From assembly GCA_937894565.1 (NCBI GenBank), contig CALBHK010000018.1, positions 2,717-66,716 of the forward strand: a stretch of DNA of 64,000 nt, in the 5' to 3' direction. Origin of the DNA: an uncultured Chlamydiae bacterium. GTDB lineage: Bacteria; Chlamydiota; Chlamydiia; Chlamydiales; CALBHK01. Of this stretch, positions 50,630 to 60,396 are shown piece after piece. The position numbers were made by a program, and so were the translations under genes. Numbering within the stretch: position 1 is the stretch's first letter; every line of letters starts with the position of its first letter. Below the pieces are notes generated by a model. That model ran no database searches. It was not told the DNA's origin and saw only the letters and a program-made list of their open reading frames with translations.

Positions 50630-50660
50630 AGCTTTAGCTCAAAAGGCTAAGGCTTTTTTA
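50630..50660 (+). terminator. rho-independent terminator
   Basis: AGCTTTAGC-TCAAAAG-GCTAAGGCT (one mismatch) followed by TTTTT. Confidence 0.6.
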
Positions 50661-50661
50661 C

Positions 50662-51024
50662 ATGACGCGCGCGATAATAGTTAATAGATTATTAAGGTGG
50701 GCTAGATGGCGCTTAGGTAGCGGCGTACATCTTGGTTTTAATAAACAGGTAAGCTTCTTGCGGTTAACGCCACCATCAACGGTTGGACATGATGTGTTGT
50801 TAGAGCGTGATTGCATGGAGACAGATGCGGCATTTAATGCGCTACCTTTACTACATCAATCAGTCATAAGATTAGAGTTCTTAACTGATGTGCGTAAGGA
50901 CGAAGATAAAGCGCGTTGTGTTGGCATAAGCATACGAAGCTTTAGGCAATACAGGAACGACGCATATGACAAGATTGATAATATTATCTATGATATGTAT
51001 GCAAAAGAAGATATGGTAAACTAA
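50662..51024 (+). CDS. late-gene regulator, antiterminator Q-like (tentative)
   Basis: 120 aa. LLRWARWRLGSG...LPLLHQSVIRLEFL...GISIRSFRQYRNDAYDKI. Lies upstream of a terminator and the late operon. Confidence 0.4.
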   Translation: MTRAIIVNRLLRWARWRLGSGVHLGFNKQVSFLRLTPPSTVGHDVLLERDCMETDAAFNALPLLHQSVIRLEFLTDVRKDEDKARCVGISIRSFRQYRNDAYDKIDNIIYDMYAKEDMVN

Positions 51025-51068
51025 AGTCACATTTATTAATCGTCGCGGATAGATAGATGTACTAACGA

Positions 51069-51096
51069 AAGCCGGGTGTAACAGCCTGGCTTTTTT
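51069..51096 (+). terminator. rho-independent terminator between the Q-like gene and the late genes
   Basis: AGCCGGG-TGTAACA-GCCTGGCT (one mismatch) followed by TTTTTT. Confidence 0.6.
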
Positions 51097-51167
51097 GCTT
51101 TATAAATACTTGATTTCAATGCAGCTTTTTGGTATAAGTATGTTAAGGTTTATTTAATAAGCATTAG

Positions 51168-51476
51168 ATGCAGCGCTTAAGTGCACACAGACGCGGATAT
51201 AACAGAATGTGGCAGCGCGAGAGAGATGCTTTTCTAAAAGACAATCCGCTTTGTTTATACTGCGAAGATCGTGGGATAATAACAGCGTCTAATGTAGTCG
51301 ATCATAGAACACCTCATCGAGGTAACTTCGAAGTATTCTGGGACAGAAGCAACTGGGTGCCATGTTGCAAGCAATGTCACGATTCATTTAAACAACGTAA
51401 AGAGAAAGGCGGAATAGACACAGCGTGTGATGTTAATGGTGTTCCGTTGGACGTCGATCATCATTGGAATAAATAA
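51168..51476 (+). CDS. HNH endonuclease (terminase-associated type)
   Basis: 102 aa. CLYCEDRG...VVDHRTPHRGN...WVPCCKQCHDSFKQRKE. Immediately upstream of the terminase genes. Confidence 0.8.
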   Translation: MQRLSAHRRGYNRMWQRERDAFLKDNPLCLYCEDRGIITASNVVDHRTPHRGNFEVFWDRSNWVPCCKQCHDSFKQRKEKGGIDTACDVNGVPLDVDHHWNK

Positions 51477-51585
51477 AAATTAGCACGTGGGGTGGGTCAA
51501 AAGTTTGGTTGTTAAGACGCTGAGACCGCGCGCCTAATCGTGTTTTGCTAAATATTGATAATAATTGATCAAAAGTTGAACAAAT

Positions 51586-52020
51586 ATGCTGCAAAGAGGT
51601 AGAAAGTCAGCCGATGTTGTCGGATTTTCTGGATTATCTGTTGTTGATAAGAAGAAACTAGAGCCTATTGGCTTGGGATTTGAAGAACAGAAAATTTGGA
51701 ATGCGGTAGTGAATGACAATGCGGCGGATTATTTTAGCGAGACGTATCGACCACTACTTGAGCAATATTGCAAAACCGTTGTTCAAATTCGTGACTTAGA
51801 TAAGCTGATTTCAGAAATGGATATGCGGTTGATCATGAGAAACGGTGACGCGATGCGTATCTATAAGGAAATGAAAAGCTTGTTGCTTTCCGAAACGCGC
51901 GTAATGCTTGCGTTGGCCGCAAGTCTTAGAATTACAAAACAATCGATAAGCGAAAGCGTTGCTGGAACGTCTGCAAAAGGACGAGGAAAAGAATCCAAAC
52001 CGTGGGAAGATTTTAATTAA
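51586..52020 (+). CDS. terminase small subunit (P27 family-like)
   Basis: 144 aa. Size, position and LEPIGLGFEEQKIWNAVV...LLEQYCKTVVQIRDL are typical of P27-type small subunits. Confidence 0.65.
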   Translation: MLQRGRKSADVVGFSGLSVVDKKKLEPIGLGFEEQKIWNAVVNDNAADYFSETYRPLLEQYCKTVVQIRDLDKLISEMDMRLIMRNGDAMRIYKEMKSLLLSETRVMLALAASLRITKQSISESVAGTSAKGRGKESKPWEDFN

Positions 52021-53526
52021 TTGCTGAGAAGCGAACGTAATGCAATATGGATTGAAAAATATTGCAGGGTGCCTGAGGGCAAGCTTGTTGGTCAAAACGT
52101 AAAGTTAACAGAATATCAAAGACAATGGCTATCTGATATTTACGACAACAATACTAGGACGTTCATCCTTAGTATGGGCCGTAAAAACAGCAAGACGGCA
52201 ACCAGTGCATTTTTACTATTGCTGCATCTAGCTGGCCCAGAAGCAAAACCAAACTCACAATTATTTAGCGCAGCACAATCTAGAGATCAAGCGGCTATTC
52301 TGTTTTCGCTTGCGGCCAAGATGGTTCGCATGTCACCTGAGTTATCGTCGTATGTCGGTATTAGAGATACGGCTAAGCAATTATATTGCAAAGAGATCGG
52401 GACGTTATACCGCGCGTTAAGCGCTGAAGCGTCGACCGCTTATGGATTAAGTCCGGCTTTTGTTGTTCATGACGAATTAGGCCAGGTTAAAGGCAACCGC
52501 TCTGAATTATACGAAGCATTAGAAACAGCCGCTGCTGCTCAAGATGATCCTCTTAGCATCATTATAAGCACGCAAGCGCCAACAGATGGCGACTTGTTAA
52601 GTCTGCTAATCGATGATGCGCTTAATAGCAAAGATGATCGCGTAAAAGCAAGAGTATACACAGCACCTATTGATTCTGATCCATTTACAGAACAATCGAT
52701 ACGGCTAGCAAATCCGCATTTTGATTACTTCATGAATCAAGATGAGGTAAGGCGTCAGGCAGATGAAGCAAAGCGCATGCCGTCGCGTGAAGCGTCTTAT
52801 CGTAATCTAGTATTAAATCAGCGTGTCGAATCTAAGATTCCTTTTATATCACGTCAGGTTTGGCTAGAAAACTGTGGCGAGCCTTCAGATAGTTTTGAAG
52901 GCTTAGAAGTATATGGCGGACTTGATCTGTCAAGTGTAAGCGATCTAACCGCGTTAGTATTAATTTCTAAGCAAGATAGCATATGGCATGTAAAGCCTAC
53001 TTTTTGGTTACCTGAAGAAGGCCTGATAGAAAAAGCTAGGCTAGATCGTGTTTCTTACGACGTTTGGGCTAATGATGGTCATTTGCTTACCACGCCTGGA
53101 AGGTCGATTGAATACGAATGGGTGGCGGAGTATTTGCGTGGTGTATTTGATGTATGCGATGTAAAGGCTTTGGCATTTGATAGATACAACATGCGTTTTT
53201 TGAAGCCTTGGCTAGAAAAGGCAGGATTCACTGAAGCTGAGCTAGAAAGATTTGTTGAGTTCGGTCAAGGCTTTGTCAGTATGTCACCAGCGCTCAGAGA
53301 ACTTGAGTCATTGTTACTAGCTAGAAAACTAGCTCACGGTAATCATCCGGTTCTAACGATGTGTGCGGCAAATGCAACGATTGTTAAAGACCCGGCCGAG
53401 AATAGAAAGTTTAGCAAATCAAAGACTACTGGACGAATTGACGGCATGGTTGCATTGGCAATGGCTGTGGGCGTATGTAACGAACAACTGGAAGAAGAAG
53501 TAGTTCCTCAACTAATCATATTATGA
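52021..53526 (+). CDS. terminase large subunit
   Basis: 501 aa (TTG start right after the small-subunit stop). IEKYCRVPEGKLVGQNVKLTEYQRQWLSDIY and VVHDELGQ are Walker B-like. Confidence 0.8.
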   Translation: MLRSERNAIWIEKYCRVPEGKLVGQNVKLTEYQRQWLSDIYDNNTRTFILSMGRKNSKTATSAFLLLLHLAGPEAKPNSQLFSAAQSRDQAAILFSLAAKMVRMSPELSSYVGIRDTAKQLYCKEIGTLYRALSAEASTAYGLSPAFVVHDELGQVKGNRSELYEALETAAAAQDDPLSIIISTQAPTDGDLLSLLIDDALNSKDDRVKARVYTAPIDSDPFTEQSIRLANPHFDYFMNQDEVRRQADEAKRMPSREASYRNLVLNQRVESKIPFISRQVWLENCGEPSDSFEGLEVYGGLDLSSVSDLTALVLISKQDSIWHVKPTFWLPEEGLIEKARLDRVSYDVWANDGHLLTTPGRSIEYEWVAEYLRGVFDVCDVKALAFDRYNMRFLKPWLEKAGFTEAELERFVEFGQGFVSMSPALRELESLLLARKLAHGNHPVLTMCAANATIVKDPAENRKFSKSKTTGRIDGMVALAMAVGVCNEQLEEEVVPQLIIL

Positions 53527-54764
53527 AGCGACGATCTAAAAACAAAAAAGCGCAAGACAGCTACAACAATGCTGTAACGCTTAGCAGTGGATCGCGCGGG
53601 TCTGAATTGTATGATTGGCTAGTTGGTGGTTTGTCTAGTGCTGGCTATTCCGTAACAGAAAAAACAGCGCTTTCTGTGGCTGCTGTTTATGCCTGCGTGA
53701 ATGTGATAGGTGGCGCGATTGCATCGATGCCATTCCACATTTATAAACGCGGTCAAGACGGTAACGAACGAATTGACAGCGAGTTATGGTGGCTTTTTAA
53801 CGAATCGCCTTATCCAAACTGGATCGCTGCTAGTTTCTGGGAATATATAGTACAAGCAAGATCATTTCACGGTGATGCATTTGTAAGAATACACCGTGCA
53901 AGTTCTTTGTCTCCGCATGTGATTGGATTTGAGCCTGTTCATCCTTCCTGTGTTTCGGTAGTTAAAGAAAATGGATTGCTGCTTTATACGATCACCTTAG
54001 AAAACGGAAAGACTACAACCGTAGACCAGGGGGATATGCTGCATATCCCGGGTGTTGGTTTTGATGGCATTCGCAGCATGTCGGTATTGAGGCATGCGCT
54101 TAGAAACAGTGTAGGTACCGCTTTGGCTGCTGATGATTACAGTTCTAAGTTCTTTTCTAATTCTGCTAGACCGGATTTTGTCCTTACCGTTGACGGTATG
54201 GTAAAGCCTGAAGTAATTGACAATATTCGCGATCAGTGGAAAGCAAGGTACACCGGAACTCAAAACGCGCACTTGCCAGCAATATTGTCAGGTGGCATGA
54301 AAGCGCAACAGTTAACTATGAACAGCGAAGACGCGCAGCTTCTAGACACTAGGAAATTCCAGGTTGAAGATATATGCCGGATATTCGGCGTTCCACCATT
54401 TATGGTTGGACACAATGAAAAGACAACATCTTGGGGATCAGGCGTTGAGCAAATGTCGCTGGGCTTTGTAAAGTACACGCTGCAAAGGCATTTAATACCG
54501 ATCCAACAAGAAATTAATCGCAAGATATGGCCACGTAGTTTAAGAACATTTGGCGAATTCAATACCGCCGGTCTAGAACGTGGCGATCTAAAAACAAGGT
54601 ATGAGGCTTATCGTGTTGGTCTAGGCCGCGCTGGTGAACCGGCATTTTTAACCGTTAACGAAGTTCGCAAAAAAGAGAATCTGATGCCGATCGACGGCGG
54701 TGATATTTTAAGGACAGGAAATGAACAACCATTTACTCAAACTGCTGATCAACAACAAGGCTAA
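53523..54764 (+). CDS. portal protein (HK97 family-like)
   Basis: 413 aa. Follows the terminase with an ATGA overlap. Typical HK97-type length. Confidence 0.8.
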   Translation: MKRRSKNKKAQDSYNNAVTLSSGSRGSELYDWLVGGLSSAGYSVTEKTALSVAAVYACVNVIGGAIASMPFHIYKRGQDGNERIDSELWWLFNESPYPNWIAASFWEYIVQARSFHGDAFVRIHRASSLSPHVIGFEPVHPSCVSVVKENGLLLYTITLENGKTTTVDQGDMLHIPGVGFDGIRSMSVLRHALRNSVGTALAADDYSSKFFSNSARPDFVLTVDGMVKPEVIDNIRDQWKARYTGTQNAHLPAILSGGMKAQQLTMNSEDAQLLDTRKFQVEDICRIFGVPPFMVGHNEKTTSWGSGVEQMSLGFVKYTLQRHLIPIQQEINRKIWPRSLRTFGEFNTAGLERGDLKTRYEAYRVGLGRAGEPAFLTVNEVRKKENLMPIDGGDILRTGNEQPFTQTADQQQG

Positions 54765-55425
54765 AGGCTCATTTAAAGCGGAAGTGTCTGACGATCAGGC
54801 CACGCTGTATCTTTATGATGCAATCGTTAGTGATGACTTTTTTGGCGGAGTATCTGCTGAATCATTTGTTAAAGAATTGAACAGCATAAACGCGCCAATA
54901 ATTAATTTAAGAATTAATTCACCTGGTGGCGATGTGTTCGCGGCAAGAGCCATTGAAACAGCCATTAGACAACATAAGTCAGAGATACATGTTCATATCG
55001 ATGGACTGGCGGCTAGTGCAGCAAGCTATATCGCTATAGCTGGCGACAAGGTAAGTATGTCAGAAGGTGCTTTTATGATGATTCATAAAGCCTGGACGGT
55101 AGCCTTTGGTAATTCTTACGATCTAGTTGAAACAGCTACTTTGTTAGAAAAAATTGATGATTCGTTAGTCAAAAGCTACGCAGACAAGACCGGTAAAGAA
55201 TCAGAAATGATTATCGACTGGATGGATAACGAAACTTGGTTTAGTGCACAAGAATCGCTGGATAATGGCTTTATCGATGAAATCAGCGAATCAGTAAAAG
55301 CAAAATCCGACTGGGACTTATCTGTATATCAAAAAGCGCCAGTTATTAAACAGGAAGAAGAGCCTGGAATGAAAAAAGATAACAAGCAACTGCTGCGTAT
55401 TGCAGCGCTTGCTAAACATTTTTAG
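54721..55425 (+). CDS. ClpP/S14-family head maturation protease
   Basis: 234 aa. INSPGGDVFAARAI...GLAASAASYIA...MMIHKAW carries the Ser/His motifs of ClpP-type prohead proteases. Confidence 0.8.
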   Translation: MNNHLLKLLINNKAKGSFKAEVSDDQATLYLYDAIVSDDFFGGVSAESFVKELNSINAPIINLRINSPGGDVFAARAIETAIRQHKSEIHVHIDGLAASAASYIAIAGDKVSMSEGAFMMIHKAWTVAFGNSYDLVETATLLEKIDDSLVKSYADKTGKESEMIIDWMDNETWFSAQESLDNGFIDEISESVKAKSDWDLSVYQKAPVIKQEEEPGMKKDNKQLLRIAALAKHF

Positions 55426-55498
55426 CACGCATCCCGCGAGCTTTAAACAGCCGACCTTGAGTCGGTTTTTTTTTGGCCAAAATATAGGAGAAATCGCA

Positions 55499-56719
55499 AT
55501 GGCTCAAACAATGCAAGAATTGCGGGAGCGTCATGCCGCACTCGCACAGAATACTCGTAAATATGTGGAAGATAACAATGATAGTTGGAGCGCTGAGCAT
55601 CAAGAGAATTATGATGCGTCCTTAAATGAGCTTGAGGATATCAAAGCTCAGTTAGACCGCATCAGCGCATTACATGAAAAGATTGCTGATGAAGCGTTAG
55701 CGGATCGTGCTATTGAAGCTTCTGAAAGAGTAGCAGCCGACACCAAATCCGTTCATGCGAAACTATTTAATAAATGGTTACGCAATGGCGATAAGGCATT
55801 ATCTGCTCAAGAATGGCAAACTATCCGCAATACGATGTCTACGACTACAGACACGCAAGGCGGACACACCGTACCGACTGAGGTTGCTAGTTCAGTAATT
55901 GATGTGTTGAAAGCGTTTGGCGGTATGCGTCAGGCTTCCACTGTTATCACAACAGATTCTGGCGCTTCAATTAACTATCCTACATCCGATGGCACTTCAG
56001 AAGTCGGTGAGATTATTGCTGAGAATACAACAGCAACCGCTGCTGATCCGTCTTTTGCTGTGGTCACGCTTAGCACTTATAAGTTCGGTTCTAAAATTAT
56101 CGCTGTTCCTTTCGAACTCTTGCAAGATTCTGCGGTTGATATTGAAGGCTTTATTGCACGTCGCATTGCTGAACGTCTTGGTCGTATTCAAAATCAAATG
56201 TTTACGACTGGCACTGGCACATCACAGCCACGAGGTGTAGTAACCGCTGCTGCTTTAGGAAAGACCGGAACCACCGGACAGACTACAACAGTCATCGCTG
56301 ACGATTTGATTGACTTAGTTCATTCAGTCGATCCTGCCTACCGTGAAAATGGCCGTGTAGCGTTTATGATGAACGACCAATCTTTAAAAGTTGTTCGTAA
56401 GTTAAAAGATTCTCAAAACCGTCCATTATTCTTACCTGGATATGATGGTCTTGCTGGGCCTATGGCCAATACTTTGTTGGGATATCCAATCGTTATCAAT
56501 CAAGACGTTGCAACGATGGCTGCAAATGCTAAATCAATTCTTTTCGGTGACTTCTCGCGCTACACGATTCGTGATGTTATGGGCATGACTTTATTCCGAT
56601 TTGAAGATTCCGCTTATATCAAGCTTGGTCAGATTGGTTTCTTGGCTTGGATGCGCAGCGGTGGCAACTTAACCGATGGCGGGTCACCAATTAAATATTA
56701 CGCAAATTCAGCGACTTAA
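55499..56719 (+). CDS. major capsid protein (HK97 family-like)
   Basis: ATG 55499 is preceded by AGGAGA (track start 55400 lies upstream). N-terminal delta-domain-like coiled coil, then GGHTVPTEVASSVIDVLK. Confidence 0.8.
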   Translation: MAQTMQELRERHAALAQNTRKYVEDNNDSWSAEHQENYDASLNELEDIKAQLDRISALHEKIADEALADRAIEASERVAADTKSVHAKLFNKWLRNGDKALSAQEWQTIRNTMSTTTDTQGGHTVPTEVASSVIDVLKAFGGMRQASTVITTDSGASINYPTSDGTSEVGEIIAENTTATAADPSFAVVTLSTYKFGSKIIAVPFELLQDSAVDIEGFIARRIAERLGRIQNQMFTTGTGTSQPRGVVTAAALGKTGTTGQTTTVIADDLIDLVHSVDPAYRENGRVAFMMNDQSLKVVRKLKDSQNRPLFLPGYDGLAGPMANTLLGYPIVINQDVATMAANAKSILFGDFSRYTIRDVMGMTLFRFEDSAYIKLGQIGFLAWMRSGGNLTDGGSPIKYYANSAT

Positions 56720-56740
56720 TCCTACCTTAGGATCGTTAAT

Positions 56741-56765
56741 AGGCCTCTTCGGAGGCCTTTTTTTA
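56741..56765 (+). terminator. rho-independent terminator after the capsid gene
   Basis: AGGCCTC-TTCG-GAGGCCT followed by TTTTTTT. Confidence 0.75.
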
Positions 56766-56783
56766 TTTTAAGAGGATTGAAAG

Positions 56784-57224
56784 ATGTCGAATCTTACAAA
56801 TTTTGGTGAGAATAAATTAGTAGATGCGGTATTGCGTGGGCAGTCAATCGGAACGCCTGCAACGTGGTACGCTGCTTTATTTACGTCTGATCCAACAGAA
56901 ACCGGTGCTGCTGGAACTGAAGTGTCGGGTGGGTCTTATGCTCGCGTTGCTGTGACTGCTTCTTTGGCTAATTTTGCTGGCACTCAATCTGCCGGTTCAA
57001 CAACGGCATCATCTGGAACTGGTGGCGTAAGTTCAAATAACGCAGCGATTACTTTTCCTGCTCCTACTGCTAATTGGGGTGTTGTAACGCATTGGGCGCT
57101 AATGGATGCCTCAACTGCTGGTAATGCTTGGATATATGCACCACTAACCGCTTCTAAAACAGTTAACAACGGTGACGCTGCTCCGAGCTTTGCTATTGGT
57201 GCTTTAACATTTACATTTGCGTAG
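56784..57224 (+). CDS. conserved virion-associated protein (homologue of 30195..30623)
   Basis: 146 aa. Shares SYARVAV, NNAAITFP and LTASKTV with the region A protein. Confidence 0.55.
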   Translation: MSNLTNFGENKLVDAVLRGQSIGTPATWYAALFTSDPTETGAAGTEVSGGSYARVAVTASLANFAGTQSAGSTTASSGTGGVSSNNAAITFPAPTANWGVVTHWALMDASTAGNAWIYAPLTASKTVNNGDAAPSFAIGALTFTFA

Positions 57225-57231
57225 GTGAAAT

Positions 57232-57831
57232 ATGCTTACTACTACACAGTATCAAACACTTAAGACATTTATCGAGACAACGGCGCCTTACAGCAGTATT
57301 AATAACGACGAGGATGGTGATTTTGCAATAAGGGACTTGCTTAATGCAATAGCATCGCCAGCATTTAAAGTATGGAATACTGAAACTCCGGTGACATCAA
57401 TTCTTGATGCTGTAGATTTTAGTAAATACACACCTAATGATGTCATACCTACAGATTCTCAAATACAAGGCGGTATAACATTTAGCGATGCTATATGGCG
57501 TGTTAGAGGGCAAGCTGCGCAAATTAAGCGTGATAATTTATGGGCGATACTTGATGTAAATAATGGGTTTGTTAATGCTTCAAAAATTAACGTTAGAGCA
57601 GGATTAAGAGACGCTGTTATAGCTGTTCCAACTGGCGCTGGTGGTGCAGCTACTGCGCCAGGTGGAACAAATGGCGCAAATGTTTTGAATGCGTGTACAC
57701 GAGATGCAAAAGTAATCGAGAAAGTGTTAAATACCGGAAACCAAACAACAGGTATTGTTACAGCGGCAATAATGGGATTTGTTGGTGACATAACAAAAGA
57801 AGATGTGGGACTTGCTAGGAGATTCACATAA
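57232..57831 (+). CDS. hypothetical head-module protein
   Basis: 199-aa ORF. The antisense ORF 57459..57827 is rejected. Confidence 0.5.
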   Translation: MLTTTQYQTLKTFIETTAPYSSINNDEDGDFAIRDLLNAIASPAFKVWNTETPVTSILDAVDFSKYTPNDVIPTDSQIQGGITFSDAIWRVRGQAAQIKRDNLWAILDVNNGFVNASKINVRAGLRDAVIAVPTGAGGAATAPGGTNGANVLNACTRDAKVIEKVLNTGNQTTGIVTAAIMGFVGDITKEDVGLARRFT

Positions 57832-58349
57832 TGGCAACAACTACAGTTGTTTACAGTAGCAATACTGCAATAACAATGGATTTGTCTGGCCTTGCTAGTT
57901 CATCATCTTTTTTGTCAGGGCGCGAGTCCACAGAAATAGATAATACTGGCTCAACAAGTAAGTTTCTTGATGCAATTGTTCGCGGGTCTTTTATTGTTGG
58001 TACTACACCTGCTACTACGGGCGGACTAAAAGTATTTGTTTGGGGATCTGACACATCGCTTACAACAGCAGCGCTTGATGTTTTAGATGGCGCTGACAGT
58101 ACTGAAACATTCACCGCCACATCGTTAGGCGCAACGGTAATGCCTGCATCTTTTACGCCTGTATTGGCTGCCACTTCTGACATAAAATACCATGTTAATT
58201 CGTTTTCTGTTGCGCGTGCTTTAGGTCTTTCGGTATTGCCAAAATATTGGGGGATATTCGTTGCTCATAATATGACGGCCGCTTTAAAGACGGACGCTGG
58301 CAATACAAATGCTTTTTCTTTTAATGGCATTAAATACGATATTGCGTAA
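57831..58349 (+). CDS. hypothetical head-module protein
   Basis: 172 aa with a TAATG overlap. Thr/Ser/Ala-rich. Confidence 0.5.
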   Translation: MATTTVVYSSNTAITMDLSGLASSSSFLSGRESTEIDNTGSTSKFLDAIVRGSFIVGTTPATTGGLKVFVWGSDTSLTTAALDVLDGADSTETFTATSLGATVMPASFTPVLAATSDIKYHVNSFSVARALGLSVLPKYWGIFVAHNMTAALKTDAGNTNAFSFNGIKYDIA

Positions 58350-59827
58350 TGTCTGCTGAATTTGGCTCTAACTTAGGATTGTCTTCTGCCGGACGTGTTG
58401 ATCTGGGATCAATTGCGCTTCCGACTAAATTAACTCATTTTGTTTGGGTTATGCGCTTAGGCGAAGGTGGTAGTGCATTCGGTAGAGTTCTTGGCCGTGG
58501 CTTTGGTGTGCATGATATTTGTAACGACCACGGGTCGTTTGCAAATAATTACGCGTTTGGTGATCGCGCTGGCGGGCAATATCATAGATGGACTAGAACT
58601 GACAATGTTGGTGATTGGTCTTCAATCTTAATTTCCGGTGATACATCAACAACTGCGGTCCCTCCTAGAGTTGTGCAAGATAATAAAGTAATGAGCTTAA
58701 CCAGAATCGGCGCTGCTAATTTTTGGGGAACGACAACATCAACAGCCACAGTTATTGGAAATCGTCAGTCAGATAATTCTAGGGTGTGGGATGGATATAT
58801 TGCTCATTATTGTTTATGGGACGACATACTTAATGAGTGGGAAGAAGAGCAACTGAATAATGGTGTTGCTCCTTACCTGGTAAGGCCTCAAAATATAGTT
58901 AGATATTATCCGCTTGATTCAGATAATAATCTTTATGGCGTCAATGCTAATATCATTAATGCGCGGTATGCGTTTATAAATCCGCCTGTTATTGATGGTT
59001 CGTATGATGCTAATGTTTATTATCTAAATCAATCAGCGTCAAATGATACATCGTTAGCATCGGCAGCAACTGTACAGTTATCTTCTACAGCGTCGCTTAC
59101 TTCTTCAATACTATTATCCGGTACATCAACTGCAAGTTTATCTTCTGTTGGTGTTCTGTCAACGTCGATATCGTTAGTATCATCAGCGCCATTTAGTGTA
59201 ACTGCTGCTGCCAATCTACAAACAAGTATTGGGTTATCAGCTGCTGCGACATGTAGCTTTTCTGCTTCTGCATCGCTCAGCTCTGGTTCTGGTTTATTTT
59301 CTGATGCTGCTTGTGGCGTTGTAGCGTCAGCTTCGCTTACTACAGGCATTTCATTACTATCTAGTGCGACTAGCACGCTAACAGTATTAGGTTCTTTAAA
59401 TGCGGGCGCTAATCTTTCTGCTAATGCAACGTGCAGCGTTACGGTATCAGCATCAATTAGTGCCGGCGTTTTATTATCATCAAATAGCGCGTGTTCTATT
59501 GTGTCTGTAGCGGATATTAATGCGCTAATAAGATTTAATTCTAATAACATTATTAGTTTATCGGCAAATGGTTTATTAGCTAATTTTTCTGCGCAGTTCT
59601 CTAGCAATACAAATATATCTCTTAATTCATCTGCTAACTTATTAACCGGCATAAGATTAATAGCTAGCAATATTGCTGTGGCTACAAGCAATGCTTCGTT
59701 AACAGCATCAGTTACTTATACTGATGCACCATTTGGTCCTGGTTATCCAATCACAAGAAAGGCAATAACAAGACCGGAAAACAAAGGTAGAAGTAGACAG
59801 TTGAATACAGCTAATAGGGTTAGGTAA
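58349..59827 (+). CDS. LamG/concanavalin-like domain protein with long Ser/Ala/Leu-rich repeat tail
   Basis: 492 aa. WDGYIAHYCLWDDILNEWEEEQL resembles the LamG C-terminal strand motif. The C-terminal ~250 aa are degenerate A-S-L-(T/S)-S repeats. Confidence 0.5.
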   Translation: MSAEFGSNLGLSSAGRVDLGSIALPTKLTHFVWVMRLGEGGSAFGRVLGRGFGVHDICNDHGSFANNYAFGDRAGGQYHRWTRTDNVGDWSSILISGDTSTTAVPPRVVQDNKVMSLTRIGAANFWGTTTSTATVIGNRQSDNSRVWDGYIAHYCLWDDILNEWEEEQLNNGVAPYLVRPQNIVRYYPLDSDNNLYGVNANIINARYAFINPPVIDGSYDANVYYLNQSASNDTSLASAATVQLSSTASLTSSILLSGTSTASLSSVGVLSTSISLVSSAPFSVTAAANLQTSIGLSAAATCSFSASASLSSGSGLFSDAACGVVASASLTTGISLLSSATSTLTVLGSLNAGANLSANATCSVTVSASISAGVLLSSNSACSIVSVADINALIRFNSNNIISLSANGLLANFSAQFSSNTNISLNSSANLLTGIRLIASNIAVATSNASLTASVTYTDAPFGPGYPITRKAITRPENKGRSRQLNTANRVR

Positions 59828-60396
59828 TGACTACAAAACTAATAACAGCGCCAACCACTGAGCCTCTAACTTTATCTGAAGCAAAGCTTCATTTGCGTGT
59901 AACAGATTCATCCGATGATAACTTGATAAGCGGATTAGTATCAGCAGCTAGAACGGCTTGTGAATCGCAGTTAAATAAAGTGCTTATGTTGCAAACATGG
60001 CGGACAACTTACGATTCATTTCCAGATGCAATTGAGCTGAACATGTTGCCTGTTGCAAGCATTTCTAGCGTTAAATACATTGATACAAACGGCGTTGAGC
60101 AAACGTTAAGCAGCATCAGTTATACGCTTGATAATTCTAGCGATTATAAAACTGCTTTTGTAGTTCCTGCTTACGGCTATCAATGGCCAGCAGCACGCGA
60201 ACAAATCAATGCTGTTTATGTTGATTATGTCTGTGGATATGCTTCTTCTTCTGCGGTACCGGCTACTTATAAACAGTGGATGTTGCTACACATTGGCGCG
60301 TGGTATGAGAACAGAAATAGCGTGAGCGTAGGCAATACGCCTGTATCTTTTGATTACGTTAATTACTTGCTTAACGATAAAAACTATTCATTATGA
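59827..60396 (+). CDS. head-tail connector (gp6-like)
   Basis: 189 aa. LTLSEAKLHLRVTDSSDDNLISGLVSAARTACESQL is the typical gp6/QLRG-family N-terminus. Confidence 0.7.
   Translation: MTTKLITAPTTEPLTLSEAKLHLRVTDSSDDNLISGLVSAARTACESQLNKVLMLQTWRTTYDSFPDAIELNMLPVASISSVKYIDTNGVEQTLSSISYTLDNSSDYKTAFVVPAYGYQWPAAREQINAVYVDYVCGYASSSAVPATYKQWMLLHIGAWYENRNSVSVGNTPVSFDYVNYLLNDKNYSL

Noticed and set aside
59029-59691. Long antisense ORFs within structural genes (59029..59691, 33057..33431, 57459..57827, 57851..58183, 27666..27893, 28326..28574, 63553..63945, 21631..21861)
   Set aside because: Each lies opposite a longer ORF that fits operon synteny. Their composition is low-complexity (Ala/Val/Pro/Ser), typical of the antisense of Ala/Thr/Gly-rich genes. 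They have no start context.
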